Shown: piece by piece, positions 59,701 to 64,000 of the stretch | Layout of the letters: the number at the start of each line of letters is the position of its first letter | How positions within the stretch are numbered: position 1 is the first letter of the stretch | Assembly (NCBI GenBank): GCA_965248265.1 | Contig: CBDFJF010000002.1 | Coordinates: 896,001 to 960,000 of the forward strand | Length of the DNA stretch: 64,000 bases | Direction of reading: 5' to 3' | From: Candidatus Latescibacterota bacterium | GTDB taxonomy: Bacteria; Latescibacterota; UBA2968; UBA8231 | Made by a program: the position numbers and the translations under genes | Notes under the pieces: generated by a model | Told to the model about the DNA's origin: nothing | Database searches by the model: none | What the model saw: only the letters and a program-made list of their open reading frames with translations

Positions 59701-60711
59701 ATGACCGAATCCAGCAATAACAACAAGGCCGGCAATAGCAGTACTGCCAACAACAAGCGCGGCTTCTACCTGGATTTCGAGCGCCCGATCGTGGAGCTCG
59801 AGAAGCGCATTTACGAGATGCAGTCGCAGGCGCGCGAGGATGGTCTCGATGTCAGTCGCGAGCTGCAGAGTCTCGACGCCAAGGTCGAAAAGCTGCGCCA
59901 GGAGATCTACACCAAGCTGACGCGCTGGCAGCGGGTGCAGATCTCACGGCATCCGCATCGGCCCTACGCCCTCGACTACATTGAGCGCATGCTGACCGAT
60001 TTCACCGAGTTGCACGGGGACAGGCACTACGGTGACGATCGTGCCATCGTCGGTGGACCGGCACGGCTGGACGGTGAACCGGTCATCGTCGTCGGTATTC
60101 AGAACGGGCGGGATGTGAAGGAGCGCCAGCTGCGCAACTTCGGCATGCCCCACCCGGAAGGTTATCGCAAGGCTCTGCGGTTGATGCAGATGGCGGAGAA
60201 GTTCAGGCGGCCGATCCTGACGCTCGTCGACACATCCGGAGCCTACCCCGGGATCGAGGCGGAGGAGCGGGGGCAGGCAGAGGCCATCGCCCGCAACATG
60301 TACGAGATGTCGCACATGACGGTGCCGATCGTCGTCGCCATCATCGGCCAGGCTTTCAGCGGCGGGGCTATCGGTATCACGGTCGGGGATCGCATCCTGA
60401 TGCTGGAGCACGCCTGCTATTCCGTCATCGTGCCCGAGAGTTGTTCCACCATTCTGTTCCGCACCCGCGACCGCAAGGAGGAAGCTGCCGAGGCACTAAA
60501 ACTATCGGCCGCGGATCTCGAGGAATACGGTATCATCGACCGCATCGTGCCCGAGCCTTTCGGCGGAGCCCACCGCGACTACGATGAAGCGGCTGCCAAT
60601 CTGAAGCGCCACGTCCTCGAGGCCATGGAGGAGTTGCGCAACATTCCGGCTCCCGAACTGGTCGACAAGCGGGTGGAGAAGTTTTCTTCGATGGGAGTGT
60701 GGCAGGAGTAG
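59701..60711 (+). CDS. accA: Acetyl-CoA carboxylase carboxyltransferase alpha subunit
   Basis: [32 protein letters not shown] and [13 protein letters not shown] motifs. Confidence 0.97.
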   Translation: MTESSNNNKAGNSSTANNKRGFYLDFERPIVELEKRIYEMQSQAREDGLDVSRELQSLDAKVEKLRQEIYTKLTRWQRVQISRHPHRPYALDYIERMLTDFTELHGDRHYGDDRAIVGGPARLDGEPVIVVGIQNGRDVKERQLRNFGMPHPEGYRKALRLMQMAEKFRRPILTLVDTSGAYPGIEAEERGQAEAIARNMYEMSHMTVPIVVAIIGQAFSGGAIGITVGDRILMLEHACYSVIVPESCSTILFRTRDRKEEAAEALKLSAADLEEYGIIDRIVPEPFGGAHRDYDEAAANLKRHVLEAMEELRNIPAPELVDKRVEKFSSMGVWQE

Positions 60712-60738
60712 AGCGTTCGTTGAGTCGGTGAATGAGAA

Positions 60739-60780
60739 AAAGGCCCTCCCTTGATGAATCAGGGAGGGCCTTTCCGTTTT
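60739..60780. terminator. Intrinsic, probably bidirectional, terminator between convergent genes
   Basis: aaaggccctccct / agggagggccttt stem with A-rich and T-rich flanks. Confidence 0.8.
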
Positions 60781-60805
60781 TCCGGCCCGACGGCCGCTTT
60801 TCACC

Positions 60806-61651
60806 TCAACCGCGGCGAACGCGGTCGAACAGTCGTTCCAGCCTGTCGAAGGCCAGCTTGATCATATCGTCGTCCCAGTCGCCGTCGATGTTGACGCTGA
60901 GTACGGACTTGAGCGTATCCAGGTAGGCGCGTTGTGCTTCCGACAATGTGCGCGAGGGGGGAGCACCGCGCTCCGTGCGCTCGATACGGTCACCACCGCG
61001 TTCGGGGCGGTCAACGCTGCGCTCGGAGCGGCTGGATTCGGCCTCCCGCGCCTGCCGTGCCGGCCTGGCCGCGCGCTGCTGTGTCGGCCGGCGCTCTGCT
61101 GCCGGCTCGGCCTGCTCTACCTCTTCCTCCGATTCCACTGCTGCCGCTGGGGCCGCGCCGTTGAGGTCAGACTCGCTCAGCAGGTACTTGAAGAACATCT
61201 TCATCTTGTTGGCTGAGTCATTGCCCATGCCGGTCTCGCGACGGAAGAAGGTGACGACCTCGCGGTCTACCATGCTGCCGCTGGAGCGGTACTGGGTGAG
61301 TAACTCAGGGTACAGGTCCTGCAGAATCTCAGTGATGGTTCCCTGGCGCGATGATTCGTTGACCAGGTTGGTGAGCCTGTCGGTCGGTTTCTGGTCGCGG
61401 TCGATCAGCTTCATGGCCTCGATGCCCCGAAGAAAACGGTAAATCATCGAGGGCGTGCGGATGATCGCACGGATGTAGTCGCGATCGATTTCGTCAGGGA
61501 TCTTGGTCTGCAACCGCGAGAGGAACTTCTCGAACTGCGCCTTGGTGATGTAGGGGAACCAGGTCTTCTCTTCCTTGCCTTCCCCGTCGCCCTCGGCTCC
61601 GTCTTCTGTTACTTCCTCTGCCACTTCATCCTGAACTTCGGTGTCCTCCAT
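60806..61651 (-). CDS. Hypothetical protein, DUF5343-like N-terminal domain with low-complexity linker
   Basis: PYIT...FL...P..IDRDY...LID....PT pattern; GGGAG RBS. Confidence 0.6.
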   Translation of the reverse strand: MEDTEVQDEVAEEVTEDGAEGDGEGKEEKTWFPYITKAQFEKFLSRLQTKIPDEIDRDYIRAIIRTPSMIYRFLRGIEAMKLIDRDQKPTDRLTNLVNESSRQGTITEILQDLYPELLTQYRSSGSMVDREVVTFFRRETGMGNDSANKMKMFFKYLLSESDLNGAAPAAAVESEEEVEQAEPAAERRPTQQRAARPARQAREAESSRSERSVDRPERGGDRIERTERGAPPSRTLSEAQRAYLDTLKSVLSVNIDGDWDDDMIKLAFDRLERLFDRVRRG

Positions 61652-61766
61652 GGATCAACTCCCATTACGGTTACGGCAGCGACACGGCGGGAATGATTCG
61701 TGTGCCGAATCCAGAATCCTGTCGACGCGCGCATTGCGCGTGACGGGATGCCCACTCATGCGGGGT

Positions 61767-62114
61767 TCACGGATGTTCCGCTGTGACGACTGTGCCGATT
61801 CCACCGCGCACGTTGAAGTCGCCGATGACCGTCATGCGCCGGGGCGCACAGGCCGTCACCAGATCGTCCAGAATCTCGTTCGTCACATCTTCGTAGAAGA
61901 TGCCGCGCTGCCTAAATGACTGTAAATACAGTTTCAGTGCTTTGAGCTCTATGCATGTCTTGTCGGCGACGTAGCGAATCCGGATGGTGCCGAAATCTGG
62001 TTGCCCCGTCTTGGGACACACCGCAGTAAACTCCGGACACTCGATCTCTATGGTGTAGTCGCGTTCCGGCTTCGGATTCGGAAAGGTCTCTAAGTGCTTG
62101 GGTTCTGCCGACAT
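61767..62114 (-). CDS. queF: NADPH-dependent preQ0 reductase
   Basis: [30 protein letters not shown] and FNVRGGI motifs. Confidence 0.95.
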   Translation of the reverse strand: MSAEPKHLETFPNPKPERDYTIEIECPEFTAVCPKTGQPDFGTIRIRYVADKTCIELKALKLYLQSFRQRGIFYEDVTNEILDDLVTACAPRRMTVIGDFNVRGGIGTVVTAEHP

Positions 62115-62256
62115 ACTCTCCGACAAATTGTCTGATCGAACACCTTGATCACCGCGAAAAAACTACACAGCAGAAAGTAGACGATTTCGCCTATCGAGCA
62201 AGAAAGACGGGCCTTTTCAGACAGAAAAAAGTGCCATTTTGTGCAGTAATCCCGAC

Positions 62257-62931
62257 TCATGAGCTCAGGAGTGGGTCAGGGATCCCGGCCTTATCGAAAC
62301 CGATCCGGCGAGCATGGCAGCTGTGGCAGGTCCCACACGGGTGATTTTCTGCAATGTAGCATGACCAGGTGAGGTGGAATGGGGCGCCCAGCTCGACGCC
62401 GCGAGCGACGATGCCGGCCTTGTCCATCGCCAGTAGCGGGGTCAGGACCTCGAGACGGGTATCCGGCCGGGTCCCCAACGACACCAGGGCATTGAAGGAC
62501 TCGAAGAACCCGCTCTGGCAGTCCGGGTAGGGGGCTCCGACCTCATGGGCGCCGAGGTAGACGGAAATCGCCCCTATGACCTCGGCCCAGCTGACGGCGA
62601 TGGCCAGCAGATTGGCGTTGCGGAAGGGGACGTAGGTGGAGGGCACGGCCGCTTGGTCGGCCGGGTAGTCGCCGCGCTCAACCTCAAGAGCCGGATCGGT
62701 CAGGCTGGAACCGCCGATGTCGCGCAGGTAGGCCACATCGACGACGCGACGCTCGTCGACGCCGTAATGGTCGGCTATCTGGGTGAAGGCCAGGTGCTCG
62801 CGGGCCTGGGTCCGCTGTCCGTAGGCCACATGGAGGAAGCAGAGCCGGTGTTTCTGGGCGGCAATGCCGGCGGTGACACAGCTGTCGAGACCACCGCTGA
62901 CCAGGACGACGGCATGGGGGAGGTCGCTCAT
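62257..62931 (-). CDS. queC: 7-cyano-7-deazaguanine synthase
   Basis: VLVSGGLDS, YGQR, TYVPFRN, YPDC and TWSCY...CGTCHSC motifs. Confidence 0.95.
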   Translation of the reverse strand: MSDLPHAVVLVSGGLDSCVTAGIAAQKHRLCFLHVAYGQRTQAREHLAFTQIADHYGVDERRVVDVAYLRDIGGSSLTDPALEVERGDYPADQAAVPSTYVPFRNANLLAIAVSWAEVIGAISVYLGAHEVGAPYPDCQSGFFESFNALVSLGTRPDTRLEVLTPLLAMDKAGIVARGVELGAPFHLTWSCYIAENHPCGTCHSCHARRIGFDKAGIPDPLLSS

Positions 62932-62966
62932 GGTGGCCAATGTACGAAATGCTACCGCCGCGGACA

Positions 62967-62994
62967 TTGACAGTTGACCGGGAGTGCTTATGAT
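62967..62994 (+). promoter_or_regulatory. Sigma70-type promoter for ispH
   Basis: TTGACA, 16-nt spacer, TATGAT. Confidence 0.55.
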
Positions 62995-63058
62995 AACCGT
63001 CAGTAGTTTATGAACTTATAGAAGGGAAACGGATCGCTGGAAAGGAAGCGGATCGCTG

Positions 63059-64000
63059 ATGGCGTTCTCCCAGTTCGATCAAGTCCCCAATCACTACGCG
63101 GGGCCGATCATACAGCGCATCAAGGAATTTCGCCTCGAGACGGGCAAGAGGTTGCTCAACCCGACGCGGCTGGCCATTGGCGATCTGGAGGTTCTGGTTC
63201 CGCGCCACTTCGGGTTCTGCTTCGGCGTCGAGCGAGCCATTCACATGGCTTTCTCCACGCTGGAACGCCATCCCGATCGCCGCATCAGCCTGGTCAGTGA
63301 GATCATCCACAACCCCCTGGTCAACGAGGAGTTGGAGGAACGAGGTGTCGAGTTCCTCTACGACAGGAACGGGGAGCGCCAGATCGCCGAAGACGAAATC
63401 ACCGGCGACGACATTGTCTTGATTCCGGCTTTCGGGACCACGCTGGAAATCGAAGACTCCCTGCAGCGCAGCGGTCTGGACACTGCTTCCGAAGAGTTTC
63501 GCGAACTCTACGACACCACCTGCCCCTTCGTGTCAAAGGTGTGGGACCGGGGAGAGGAGCTGGGACGCGAAGGCTACACCATCGTCATCCATGGCAAGTT
63601 CAAGCACGAGGAGACGCAAGCGACCCATTCTCATACCAAAGAGCATACCAAGACCCTGGTCGTCCTGGACAAGGATGAGGCATCACAGGTGCACGACTTC
63701 ATCGTCGGCGATATGTCAGGGGCAGATTTCGAAGCCCGTTTCGCGGACAAGTGGTCGGAGGGGTTCGACCCCTCCCGCGACCTGGAGCGGGTGGCCGTGG
63801 TCAATCAGACGACCATGCTGGCCGAGGAAACCAAAGAGGTTGGCGGCGTGCTGCGGGCGGCGATGGTGAAGAAATACGGCGAGGACGACCTGGAGCATCA
63901 TTTCGCCGACACCAGCGATACCCTGTGTTACGCCACGAACTGGAATCAATCGGCCAGCAAGGCCTTGCTCGAAGCGCGCCCTGATCTTGGTATCATCGTC
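63059..64000 (+). CDS. ispH: 4-hydroxy-3-methylbut-2-enyl diphosphate reductase (runs off the window end)
   Basis: Not in the ORF track. Manual translation from ATG 63059 gives FGFCFGVERA, EIIHNPLVN, IPAFG, DTTCPFV, HGKFKHEET, NQTTM and DTLCYAT. Confidence 0.95.
   Translation, partial: MAFSQFDQVPNHYAGPIIQRIKEFRLETGKRLLNPTRLAIGDLEVLVPRHFGFCFGVERAIHMAFSTLERHPDRRISLVSEIIHNPLVNEELEERGVEFLYDRNGERQIAEDEITGDDIVLIPAFGTTLEIEDSLQRSGLDTASEEFRELYDTTCPFVSKVWDRGEELGREGYTIVIHGKFKHEETQATHSHTKEHTKTLVVLDKDEASQVHDFIVGDMSGADFEARFADKWSEGFDPSRDLERVAVVNQTTMLAEETKEVGGVLRAAMVKKYGEDDLEHHFADTSDTLCYATNWNQSASKALLEARPDLGIIV

Noticed and set aside
61767-63000. queC/queF as a 7-deazaguanine DNA-modification (dpd) system, or with a preQ1 riboswitch
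   Set aside because: No dpdA/tgt-like gene nearby, the context is housekeeping, and no preQ1 aptamer pattern was recognised upstream.

Overview
GC-rich (roughly 60%) bacterial chromosome segment. Multiple PhyH dioxygenases, 7TM-DISM/PP2C sensors and a secreted enzyme ending in an 'ADFDADGIVGFGDFFLF' EF-hand/dockerin-like motif plus an FlgD/T9SS-like tail suggest a Latescibacterota-like FCB organism; this is inference, not proven. Left to right: (1) 1-10.7 kb, an uncharacterised isoprenoid-type locus. A geranylgeranyl-reductase-like gene coupled to a membrane pentaheme cytochrome c points left. A (KKKAP)n protein, a hypothetical, a polyprenyl synthase, a tandem acetoacetate-decarboxylase-like protein and a desaturase-like flavoprotein point right. 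(2) 10.7-32.4 kb, accessory genes: 7TM-DISM-PP2C, KAP NTPase, duplicated heptad proteins, PhyH pair, M9 collagenase, a frameshifted membrane gene, rlmKL. (3) About 32.9-49 kb, a mobile-element-rich island with several IS91-like 3' remnants, an IS3 element, cargo genes and an intact IS110/IS1111-type element. The element's 3' non-coding region folds into two internal loops matching its predicted circle junction and its target flank (bridge/seek-RNA-like). It also carries a 101-bp end duplication, and an empty copy of its target repeat lies 13 kb away. (4) 50-64 kb, housekeeping: ilvC-leuA-leuC-leuD-leuB-(cimA remnant)-argJ-aminotransferase, accA, queF, queC and partial ispH, with a candidate Leu/Ile/Val leader peptide upstream of ilvC. 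No rRNA, tRNA or CRISPR array was seen. All family calls come from motif recognition by eye; no searches were run.
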